This document shows positions 32,893 to 41,292 of a stretch of DNA of 64,000 nt, in pieces (within the stretch, counting starts at the first letter, position 1; every line of letters starts with the position of its first letter). Location: the NCBI GenBank assembly GCA_040768745.1, contig JAXGMI010000001.1:1792001-1856000 (forward strand), written 5' to 3'. Source of the stretch: Desulfomicrobium sp. (lineage in GTDB: Bacteria; Desulfobacterota; Desulfovibrionia; Desulfovibrionales; Desulfomicrobiaceae). A program made the translations under genes and the position numbers. Below the pieces are notes generated by a model. It saw only the letters and a list, made by a program, of their open reading frames with translations, had not been told where the DNA came from and made no database searches.

Positions 32893-33585
32893 TCATTTCT
32901 TGTGTTGCTGGTTGCGGTGCGCGAGCCGCGCCTGGAACATCCGTTCGCGGAGGCCGCCTTGTTCCAGGAAATCTGTTTCCAACCGACGCAGTTGCTGGTC
33001 GAGCAGGTAGTTGGTCTGGTGAATCAGGCAGATGGCAATGTTGGCGATGACCTCGGGCGGTCGGGTTTCCACATACTCACGGTAAAGTTCAAAGGTATGT
33101 GGGGTCTTGCGGCCGAGGCGGCGGACAAATTGCGCTTCCTTGGAGTCCTTGTCCCAAATGACGTGGTCGCGCACGCGAAGATAGTCGCGGTAATCGGCGA
33201 GCAGCTCTTCGAGACTGGCCCGCCCGACATTGGTCAGCTTGATCTCGGATTCCTTGGAGGTGAGCCCGGCTTTGCTGCCTTCAAGGATGTTCTGCTTGCC
33301 GGAGCGCGCGGCCTGGATCATCTGGTCCACGGTGCGGTCGCCCTTGCCGAGGTACTTGTGGGCGAAGCGGTGCGTGATGTCGTAGATGACTTCGGCTTTC
33401 TGAAAAGAGAGCAGGGTTTGGTAATCGCCGCGCGGGGGGATGATGGGATGGGCGTCGGGCGAAGGTGGCTGAGAATGGGAGATATGGGAATTATGGGAGC
33501 CAGGGGAAATATGATTATCGGCATTTCCATGTTTTTCATTCTGCCCATCATTCCCATGCTTCCCATATTTCTCATCAGTATTCAT
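32893..33585 (-). CDS. Four-helix-bundle protein (23S rRNA IVS/S23-like family) with four-helix-bundle suffix domain
   Basis: YQTLLSFQKAEVIYD, RTVDQMIQAARSGKQNILEGS, RASLEELLADYRDYL, FLEQGGLRERM. Confidence 0.85.
   Translation of the reverse strand: MNTDEKYGKHGNDGQNEKHGNADNHISPGSHNSHISHSQPPSPDAHPIIPPRGDYQTLLSFQKAEVIYDITHRFAHKYLGKGDRTVDQMIQAARSGKQNILEGSKAGLTSKESEIKLTNVGRASLEELLADYRDYLRVRDHVIWDKDSKEAQFVRRLGRKTPHTFELYREYVETRPPEVIANIAICLIHQTNYLLDQQLRRLETDFLEQGGLRERMFQARLAHRNQQHKK
33475..33575. repeat. Inverted array of 9-nt tandem repeats (4 forward + 6 reverse units)
   Basis: + strand: ATGGGAGAT ATGGGAATT ATGGGAGCC AGGGGAAAT, spacer, then CATTTCCAT GTTTTTCAT TCTGCCCAT CATTCCCAT GCTTCCCAT ATTTCTCAT. 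Confidence 0.85.
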
Positions 33586-35036
33586 AGCAGTTCCCGGATA
33601 GTGGCCAGCACCTTTGCGCTCTCAGCATCCAGCGCCGCGATTTCGTCCATGATTTCCTGTGGGCTGCGGTGTTTCACCTCTTCGCCGTTGTTCGGGTTCT
33701 TGGCCGAAAGGTCAAAGCTCGTCCGATCTATGCCGGTAACATCCACACTCCAGCTTTTGGGCGAGTCGGCCTTGGTTTTTTGCAGCTCCACGAACTCGGC
33801 CAGATCGGCGTCGTTCAAGGCCGTGGTCTTGCCCAAACTGCGGCCGGGGTCGAGTTGATAGAACCAGACCTTGCGAGTGGGCCGGCCTTTTTCGAAAAAG
33901 AGGACCACGGTCTTCACGCCAGCACCCTGGAAGGTGCCGCCTGGACAATCGAGGACCGTATGCAGGTCGCAGCTTTCCAGCAGCATTTTGCGCAACGACA
34001 CTGAAGCATTGTCCGAGTTGGACAGGAACGTGTTCTTGATGACCACGGCCGCCCGGCCCCCGGCTCTCAGCATCTTGATGAAGTGCTGCAGGAAGAGGAA
34101 GGCCGTCTCGCCGGAACGGATGGGGAAGTTCTGCTGGACCTCTTTGCGCTCCTTGCCGCCGAAGGGCGGGTTGGCCAGGATCACGTCGAAGCGGTCCTTG
34201 TCCTGGATGTCGGCCAGGTTTTCGCTCAGGGTGTTGGTGTGGACGATGTTCGGGGCCTCGATGCCATGCAGGATCATGTTCATGATGGCGATGACATAGG
34301 CCAGGGACTTCTTTTCCTTTCCGTAGAAGGTGCGTTCCTGGAGGGTCTTCAGGTCGTCCGTGGTCAGGTCCGGCTTGGCCGTGAGATAGGTGAAGGATTC
34401 GCACAGGAAGCCGGCCGAACCGCAGGCGCCGTCATAGATGCGCTCGCCGATCCTGGGCTGCGTAACCTGGATCATGGCCCGGATGAGCGGGCGCGGCGTG
34501 TAATATTCCCCGCCGTTGCGGCCCGCGTTGCCCATGCGCTTGATCTTCTCTTCGTACAGGGCCGAGAGTTCGTGCTTTTCGCTCTGGGAACCGAAACGCA
34601 GTTCGTCCACGTGGTCGATGATGTCGCGCAGGGTGTAGCCGCTGCGGATCTTGTTTTTGATCTCGCCGAAAATCTCGCCGATCTTGTATTCGATGGTGTC
34701 CGGCCCGGTGGCCCGCTGCTTGAATCCGTGCAGGTAGGGGAAGAGCTTGCGGTCCACGAAGTCGACCAGATCATCCCCGGTCATGGCCTTGTTGTGGTCC
34801 AACTTGCCGCCGCCGTTCTTGGGCGCGGCCCACGCCTCCCAGCGGTAGGGCGCATCAAGGATGAACGAATACTCCCGCCCTTCCAGGGCCGCTTCCGTGG
34901 CCTTGTCCTGCTCCAGCGCATCGAGATATTTGAGAAAGAGCAGCCACGAGGTCTGCTCCGTGTAGTCGAGTTCCGTCGTGCAGCCGCTCTCTTTCCAAAG
35001 CGCGTCGTCGATATTCCTGAATGCTTGTTCGAACAT
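33582..35036 (-). CDS. hsdM: Type I restriction-modification N6-adenine methyltransferase
   Basis: GEYYTPRPLI, YDGACGSAGFL (motif I), ANPPF (motif IV). Confidence 0.95.
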   Translation of the reverse strand: MFEQAFRNIDDALWKESGCTTELDYTEQTSWLLFLKYLDALEQDKATEAALEGREYSFILDAPYRWEAWAAPKNGGGKLDHNKAMTGDDLVDFVDRKLFPYLHGFKQRATGPDTIEYKIGEIFGEIKNKIRSGYTLRDIIDHVDELRFGSQSEKHELSALYEEKIKRMGNAGRNGGEYYTPRPLIRAMIQVTQPRIGERIYDGACGSAGFLCESFTYLTAKPDLTTDDLKTLQERTFYGKEKKSLAYVIAIMNMILHGIEAPNIVHTNTLSENLADIQDKDRFDVILANPPFGGKERKEVQQNFPIRSGETAFLFLQHFIKMLRAGGRAAVVIKNTFLSNSDNASVSLRKMLLESCDLHTVLDCPGGTFQGAGVKTVVLFFEKGRPTRKVWFYQLDPGRSLGKTTALNDADLAEFVELQKTKADSPKSWSVDVTGIDRTSFDLSAKNPNNGEEVKHRSPQEIMDEIAALDAESAKVLATIRELL

Positions 35037-35259
35037 GGCGTTTCTAAGGGTTGGCCAGCGCATAGCGGCCAGTGGGCAATGGTTTGGAATCAGAAAACCA
35101 GGTGTTTTTCTAGGTTACAACAGCCGGAGCAGACAAGGCCAATTTTGCAGCCGTGGCCCGGCGGCGGGTTCGGGGTGTTAAAAGAGCAAAAAATTTCTTT
35201 TTGCAAAAAAAATATGAGTATGTTATTTAATAACCATGAAAAACTGTTAAAACGCCGCG

Positions 35260-36213
35260 TCAGGCACAGGCCTGCATCGGCTGAACATTGGGTCGAAGTA
35301 TGTGCCCAAGGAATTTGAGATACAAAAAACACAGAACCCGGATGAACTTCCGGAAATTGAACGCGGCACAGGCCATGAACAGATTCACGGCGTCGCCGAC
35401 CTGGCCTTTGAGGTAATTGCGCAGCATCCTGTGGTCGTTCTTGAGGTGGCCGATGATCGGTTCGATGGCCGCACGCCGACGGAACCGTTCCCTGGCTTGC
35501 CGTTTGTCAGAAGCTGTTTTCGTCCGCTTGCCTGACTCGGGAATTTCGATGCTGGTCACGCCGACCTTGCGCTTGCCGCGGTATCCTCGGTCGCAGATCG
35601 CCATGGTCGGCCGTTGCCCCACGATGCTTTCGACTTGAGACAGAACCGCAGGCAGCGTGTGCCCGTCGAAAGGATTGTCCTGGAAGGACAAGGCGCCAAC
35701 GATGATGCCGCTGGTCTTGGTCACGGTCACGGAGGCTTTGGCGCCGAACTCGTACTTCTTGTGAGCCTTGCCTTTGCTGATGCAGGACACTCCGGGTTCG
35801 TGGAGGCTGTAGATCTTGCCGGTGTCGGATCGCTGCTCTGGCTGCATTCCGGTCTTCTTCCACAGTTCGACCGAGCAGCGGGGCAACTGGGCATCCAGGT
35901 CAGTTTCCAAGGCGATCCGCTGAAACCGTTGCCGCAAAATCTCGGCGGAAGGAACGCGTCCAAGGCCAAGGCTGGTCGCGAAGAAATCGTCGCCGTAGTA
36001 CTCACGAACATGGTCGAAATCCGTTTTGCCTTGGCACATGAGGCCGACCAATGTGCGGAAAATTTCGCGCTCCTTGATCTGCGGAGCTTTTCCAGGCCCA
36101 AGACGATCGACCAGTGTATCCAGACCGCAAACCCTGGCCATCTCGCTAATCAGGGCCAGGCCGACATGACCAATGTTGTTTCCTTCGTTTCGCTTGATAT
36201 CGGTGATGAGCAT
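35260..36213 (-). pseudogene. Chimeric transposase: IS1380-family N-terminus fused in frame to IS5-family C-terminus
   Basis: GLMCQGKTDFDHV..RVPSAEILRQRF (IS1380-like) joined near 35840 to KIYSLHEP..KGKAHKKYEFG..DRGYRG..RRRAAIEPIIGHLK (IS5-like). Confidence 0.75.
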
Positions 36214-36333
36214 TGCAAACTCCTGTCGCACCCAATGGGTGCAAAAACTCATTCAGGAAAAGCAAACCCAATATACCGGTATCATTGATTTATTTCAAGT
36301 ACAAAATGTTTCAAAACTCTATATTCAATGCAA

Positions 36334-36351
36334 CTTTTTCACGGATTTAGG
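36334..36351 (-). mobile_element. Probable left end of IS1380-family element
   Basis: CCTAAATCCGTGAAAAAG on minus strand about 140 nt upstream of the transposase start; partner end not found. Confidence 0.55.
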
Positions 36352-36551
36352 TTAAAAGTCATCAACCTTGAAGAGGATGTTCTCTGCTTTCACTGTGATT
36401 CAATCTGTATGTCTGTCTTCTGGAAAAATTATTTCAAAATAGTTGCAAAAATACATATTATATTTTCAGAATCTGATCAAATTCATCTATTACAATTAAT
36501 AACGTAATTTTTTTTGTGATAACAATTTAAAATTACAATCATTATTCAATA

Positions 36552-37442
36552 ATGAATAAAATCATTTTCTTATACAAATTTATTTTTTTAAATTTTTTCA
36601 TTATTTCATTATCTTTAATTTTTATGAATATAAATTTATTTGCTTCAGAATTAAAATATAATATGAAAAATTCAATACAAATTGTAGATGAATCAACTGG
36701 AAAAAAAACATCGTATGAATTACTGGATACAGTATACGATCAAAAATTTAAAAATTTTGTTGTTTCAATTTCAAACTATATATCTGACAATATTGAAAAA
36801 TTAATAAATTTTTATAATTGTTCAAATGATAATCCGAAAATTGAACTTTGTTTTGTCTATAGGCCATTGATTCTTCAAAAAGCAGGAGGAGAATGCAGTA
36901 GTCTTATCACTGATGATTTGAAATCAAACATTATCTCTCATTTGAAGAGCCCTTGGGTGACCATTACAAGAAATCGTTCACCAATGCTTACACTTCATGC
37001 GGTGTTCATGTGGAACGAGCGGCAAGTTCTGATTGATCAGGCTTTGCTGGCGGGGTCTGATATTGCGCAAATCAAGTCGAACGCATCGATTGAGGCCGCT
37101 GTGTTTGAAAAATATGTTGAGGAGTATGCAAATTCTATCCTCCTTGCTCCGACTCCGGAAGCTCAAGCTGAAGCCAATGTCCGTATCGTTGAACGAATTC
37201 CTGCGGATATCTTGTGGCTTTTCAGGCAAGGGTGGCAAAGCACTCACGCACCATTCTCTATGGAATCGAGGCATACTCTTCATCTTGTTCTTGAACGTGC
37301 TGTGAATCAATATATCGATCTGTCAAAAGCACTTTTTGACAGATGTTTTATTTCAAAAAATACAAATGAACAATTTCATAATATTTTCTCTTTACATTCA
37401 ATTATTGATATCAACAAGCATAAAATTAAAAAGTTTCATTAA
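36552..37442 (+). CDS. Hypothetical protein, AT-rich, N-terminal hydrophobic segment
   Basis: 296-codon open frame in very AT-rich DNA; no family recognised. Confidence 0.6.
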   Translation: MNKIIFLYKFIFLNFFIISLSLIFMNINLFASELKYNMKNSIQIVDESTGKKTSYELLDTVYDQKFKNFVVSISNYISDNIEKLINFYNCSNDNPKIELCFVYRPLILQKAGGECSSLITDDLKSNIISHLKSPWVTITRNRSPMLTLHAVFMWNERQVLIDQALLAGSDIAQIKSNASIEAAVFEKYVEEYANSILLAPTPEAQAEANVRIVERIPADILWLFRQGWQSTHAPFSMESRHTLHLVLERAVNQYIDLSKALFDRCFISKNTNEQFHNIFSLHSIIDINKHKIKKFH

Positions 37443-37465
37443 AATTGAACAGAGAGGGTATTTGT

Positions 37466-40423
37466 ATGGCATTTTCAGACATCGAGGCAAAGACAACGAT
37501 CACTGGATTCACCGATGATCAGAAAACTTCAATCCTTGCAGACTTAAAAAAGGCGTATGAAGGTTCTGAAATAGCCAAAAAAATGTTCGATGATTGGATC
37601 GCAACAGCAGGACACACCATAGATATAAAGTATGTTGCTGGAAAATATCAGGCTTGGACTTCAACAGGACGGGTTGAAATAGATCCAGCATATTTATCAG
37701 ATGCGAGTTATATAAACGATAAAGGAACACCGATATTGGATTCACAGTTAACTGCTCTTACTCACGAACTTGGTCATGCGTTGACAGGAAGACGTGACAA
37801 CATAAGTGCTGTTGACTATCAAGGTGATAATGTCAGATACGTCAATACGATCTGGAATCAACTTGGATTGGAGAAGCAAATATCTTACGTAGCATACGCA
37901 AGAAATACTATTCATAAAGTCGGATATACATATACCAATGGTGCAGCCATAGATGCTGCCCGTTCCGGCGACATAGATATGAGTTTAACCGCGCTTAATG
38001 TATCGAACGATCTGTTGATTGGCGGCCCTTCCGCCAACATACTCCAGTCTGGCGGCGGGAACGACTTTCTTTTCGGAGCGGGGGGGGATGACCGATTGCT
38101 GGGTGGTGCCGGTACTGACACGGCAGTCTATTTCGGTTCACCGCTGGACTACGACATCCGGTTGACTGCGGATGGTACGTGGTCCGTCAAAAACGTGCGT
38201 GGTGCCAAGGATGCCGGTTTGGATATCTTGAAAAACATTGAAAAGGTGCAGTTTGACGCCACTGGCGGCGGCCACATTGCCTACGAGCTCAAAAAAGGCG
38301 GGCTTTCCTACCAAACCGATTTCGCCCTGGTCATAGATAGATCGGGGAGTATGGGTGATGATATAGATTCCGTGAAGGCGGTCTCTACCAGTCTTGTGAA
38401 TGCAGCATTCGGCGACGGGACGAAGGATGCCCGCATTGGCGCTGTCACATTCTCCGATACCGAATACGGTGAACCGACCAATGTGGTCCTTCAGTTCACA
38501 GACCAGGATGATTTTGCGGAAAGAAAGAGTGCCGCGATTGCCGCCATTAATGGCATTGGGCTGGATTGGGGTGGGGATGAGCCGGAAGTGGCTTTTGACG
38601 GCCTTCTTAAGGCGCTGGATGGGAGTATGGGCGAATGGAGGGCCGGCGCTGGCATCAAGCGTATTGCTCTGTTCACTGATGCGCCCGCTAAGGACAGTTC
38701 CCTTGCAGATCAGGTGACGGCACTTGCTCACAACATCGGGTTTTCAGTCGGATCTCGCTCAACTCTCTCGGGTGTTGGTGGTTCGGTCGACACCTTTAGC
38801 CTTACGTTCGAGGGTGACAGTTCGCTTCCTGCGGCTCGTGCTTTCCCAGATGACCCTGAAGCTGATGAGCTGCCCCCTTTTGAAATGACAGAAGAAGCCG
38901 TCGATCCTGATCCGACCACGACGCAAGTTCAGATATTCACGATAGTTACTGGAACTCCATACTGGGACACTTATGCATTTGAATCGATCTCGAGCGGCAA
39001 TGCTGGTCAGTTTCTGAGCGCTCCGGATAACGATACACTGGTAGATCTGCTTTTTGACATCGTCGAAGGCAAGGTTCCAGGGAACAATCCGCCGACAGAC
39101 ATGACCCTCTCCGCCAATGTGATTGCCGAGAATGCGGTCCTGGGACAGATTGTCGGCAGTCTCTCAACAACTGACGCGGACGCAGGGGAGACGTTCGTCT
39201 ATTCGTTGATCAATAATTCGGAACAGTTGTTCGGAGTCAACGGAGTGGACCTGGTTGTATCGGGAGCGTTGGACTTCGAGGCCGCCTCTTCGCATGACAT
39301 CACGGTGCAGGTAACGGATTCTGGAGGCAATGCGTACGTCAAGACGTTCACTGTCGACGTGACCAACATTGTTGGTGTTACCATAGCCGGCACAGACACT
39401 ACAGATGTGATTGATGCGGTTCATACAATTCTGGGTCAGCCGCTACCAACCGGTGAGGAGGATGCGATCACGGGTCTGGGCGGCGATGACTTCATCAGCG
39501 GCCTGGGCGGCAACGATACAATCGACGGTGGCTCAGGAAACGACACGCTCAAAGGCGGAACCGGCAACGACATGGTGGCCGGTGGAACCGGGAATGACAT
39601 TTTTATCTATCAATCTGGGAATGACACGCTCAATGGTGGAGCGGGCCAGGACACGGCAGTCCTGCCCATGTTCCCCGACGTGTATTCCCTGGTCCAGGAG
39701 GCTCCGGGGAGAATCAGGGGGACCTACGCGGATTACACCCTGACCCTGGAGGATGTGGAGTTCGTCCAGTTCGGGACATATTTCCAGACCACCCTTGCTG
39801 TGGGCGACCTGGCCTCGGGTCAGGCCAAGCTGCAGCTTGGCCGTCTGACGGATCTCTACCTGGCCTTCTTTGGCCGGGCACCCGATGTATCCGGTCTGGA
39901 ATACTGGCAGGAACGGCTGATGGAGGAGGGGCGGGATTTCGCCACGATCTCCAAGGACTTCGCGTGGAGCGATGAGGCCCAGCGTCTTTTCCCGCGGGAC
40001 GCCAGCAACCGGGAGTTCGTGCAGGCCATTTACCAGAACTGCTTTGACCGCGATCCGGACACGGGCGGATGGGACTACTGGACCCAGCGGTTGGATGCCT
40101 TGGGTTCGACGGATCTGAACGATCGCGGGTCCTTTGTGGGCGAGCTGATTCTGGGGGCGTACGCCGTGACGAGCGGAGAGGAGGATCGCGGCCTGCTGAC
40201 CCACAAGCACGAAGTGGCGATGCACTATGTGAACAGGTTGTCGGAGCAGCCGGAGGAGGAATTCGACGCCAGCATCAACGACCTGCTGGAGCTGGTCACC
40301 GGGGACTCGGGAACGCAGTCCAAAGCTGAGGCGGTCATCGACCATGTGTTCGAGGACCCGATCACCCTGACCGGGGTGATGAATGACCCGGCCCTGCTGG
40401 AGTCCATCTGGAGTGCTGCGTGA
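37466..40423 (+). CDS. Large secreted/surface protein: HExxH peptidase-like domain, RTX repeats, VWA, cadherin-like, RTX repeats, DUF4214-like
   Basis: THELGHAL; GGGNDFLFGAGGDDRLLGGAGTD; VIDRSGSMGDDI (MIDAS DxSxS); LDFEAASSHDITVQVTD; GGxGND nonapeptides; LYLAFFGRAPDVSGLEYW. Confidence 0.85.
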   Translation: MAFSDIEAKTTITGFTDDQKTSILADLKKAYEGSEIAKKMFDDWIATAGHTIDIKYVAGKYQAWTSTGRVEIDPAYLSDASYINDKGTPILDSQLTALTHELGHALTGRRDNISAVDYQGDNVRYVNTIWNQLGLEKQISYVAYARNTIHKVGYTYTNGAAIDAARSGDIDMSLTALNVSNDLLIGGPSANILQSGGGNDFLFGAGGDDRLLGGAGTDTAVYFGSPLDYDIRLTADGTWSVKNVRGAKDAGLDILKNIEKVQFDATGGGHIAYELKKGGLSYQTDFALVIDRSGSMGDDIDSVKAVSTSLVNAAFGDGTKDARIGAVTFSDTEYGEPTNVVLQFTDQDDFAERKSAAIAAINGIGLDWGGDEPEVAFDGLLKALDGSMGEWRAGAGIKRIALFTDAPAKDSSLADQVTALAHNIGFSVGSRSTLSGVGGSVDTFSLTFEGDSSLPAARAFPDDPEADELPPFEMTEEAVDPDPTTTQVQIFTIVTGTPYWDTYAFESISSGNAGQFLSAPDNDTLVDLLFDIVEGKVPGNNPPTDMTLSANVIAENAVLGQIVGSLSTTDADAGETFVYSLINNSEQLFGVNGVDLVVSGALDFEAASSHDITVQVTDSGGNAYVKTFTVDVTNIVGVTIAGTDTTDVIDAVHTILGQPLPTGEEDAITGLGGDDFISGLGGNDTIDGGSGNDTLKGGTGNDMVAGGTGNDIFIYQSGNDTLNGGAGQDTAVLPMFPDVYSLVQEAPGRIRGTYADYTLTLEDVEFVQFGTYFQTTLAVGDLASGQAKLQLGRLTDLYLAFFGRAPDVSGLEYWQERLMEEGRDFATISKDFAWSDEAQRLFPRDASNREFVQAIYQNCFDRDPDTGGWDYWTQRLDALGSTDLNDRGSFVGELILGAYAVTSGEEDRGLLTHKHEVAMHYVNRLSEQPEEEFDASINDLLELVTGDSGTQSKAEAVIDHVFEDPITLTGVMNDPALLESIWSAA

Positions 40424-40469
40424 ATCATGATTTTCTGACAACGGAGTCAGGGAGAGCGGAGGGGCTCTC

Positions 40470-40616
40470 ATGTCGGATGGGAAAATGTGCCGTAAGCCGG
40501 TGTCTGTGGAGCTGCATGTCTGCCTTTTGTGCATGTTGATGCTGTTGATGGTGTTCTCCACAGGATCGGAGGGTATGGACTGGGGAGAGAAAGATGCGAT
40601 GGAGCGTCATTATTAA
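40470..40616 (+). CDS. Possible small membrane/secreted peptide (48 aa)
   Basis: GGAGG upstream; hydrophobic stretch VCLLCMLMLLMVFS; no recognised homology. Confidence 0.25.
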   Translation: MSDGKMCRKPVSVELHVCLLCMLMLLMVFSTGSEGMDWGEKDAMERHY

Positions 40617-40747
40617 GAAAGGTAAGCTCCCCTTGTTCCATGAAATCGAGCGGGCTATATTGTAACCGGAAATGTGCCGCCGGCCATGCTGCGCAGGGAA
40701 TTGTTCCCTGGGCGGTGGGGTTGCGCGGGAAATGAGGAGAGGTGACG

Positions 40748-40936
40748 ATGAGAAAGGGACTGATGGCACTGATTCTGGCGATGCTGCTTTGCTCTTCTCT
40801 CGCCTTTGCGGGGAATGCGCCCGGACCCCAGCAGGATTCAGGCGACGGCATTCCGGACGGAAGCGCGTTCTTTGATCCCGATTATACGGGAGCCCTGCCC
40901 ATTGGGTGGAGTACTGCTCCTGGACCCGGCAGATAA
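40748..40936 (+). CDS. Small secreted Gly/Pro/Asp-rich protein (62 aa)
   Basis: Strong SD (GAGGAGAGG), signal peptide ending AFA, SGDGIPDGS motif, downstream terminator. Confidence 0.7.
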   Translation: MRKGLMALILAMLLCSSLAFAGNAPGPQQDSGDGIPDGSAFFDPDYTGALPIGWSTAPGPGR

Positions 40937-41020
40937 CGTCAGGTGCAGGTGCTGCAAATGGGAGCGATGTTCTTTGACTTGCTAGACACAACAGGACATC
41001 GCGAGGATTGGTCAATTTTG

Positions 41021-41061
41021 CCGGAAAGCCCCCGTCATGAAACGGGGGCTTTCCGGTTTTT
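41021..41061 (+). terminator. Rho-independent terminator
   Basis: CCGGAAAGCCCCCGT-CATGAA-ACGGGGGCTTTCCGG followed by TTTTT. Confidence 0.85.
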
Positions 41062-41159
41062 GGAGTCATGGGAAACGTCAGAAAATTAGACCTGTCGCTC
41101 CCTGTGCAGCCACAGGCCTTTCGATTTCAGCAATCGCCACAGCCGGAAGCAAGCCCTGC

Positions 41160-41292
41160 CGGTCGTACTGTTTGGCGTAGGCGGCGTCGTTGTAGAGGCC
41201 TTCCCCGTATTTGTCTGCCGTATTCGGCTATGATGGTCTGGCCCTTGCCGGAGGCGACGAAGGCGATGAACTTTGCGGCCATGTCCGTGCCG
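41160..41292 (-). pseudogene. 3' fragment of TupA-like (tungstate-binding family) gene, frameshifted
   Basis: TDMAAKFIAFVASGKGQTIIAEYG, then in another frame DKYGEGLYNDAAYAKQYD. Confidence 0.65.

Noticed and set aside
33475..33575. Repeat array considered as CRISPR, or as a DGR because of the Avd-like fold
   Set aside because: Units are 9 nt with no unique spacers; no cas genes, reverse transcriptase or TR/VR pair seen in the window.
39105..39116. CCCTCTCCGCCA, identical to the last 12 nt of tRNA-Ser(GCT), as a possible attR
   Set aside because: Only 12 bp, inside an intact ORF where it encodes the ordinary cadherin-like TLSAN; no integrase nearby.
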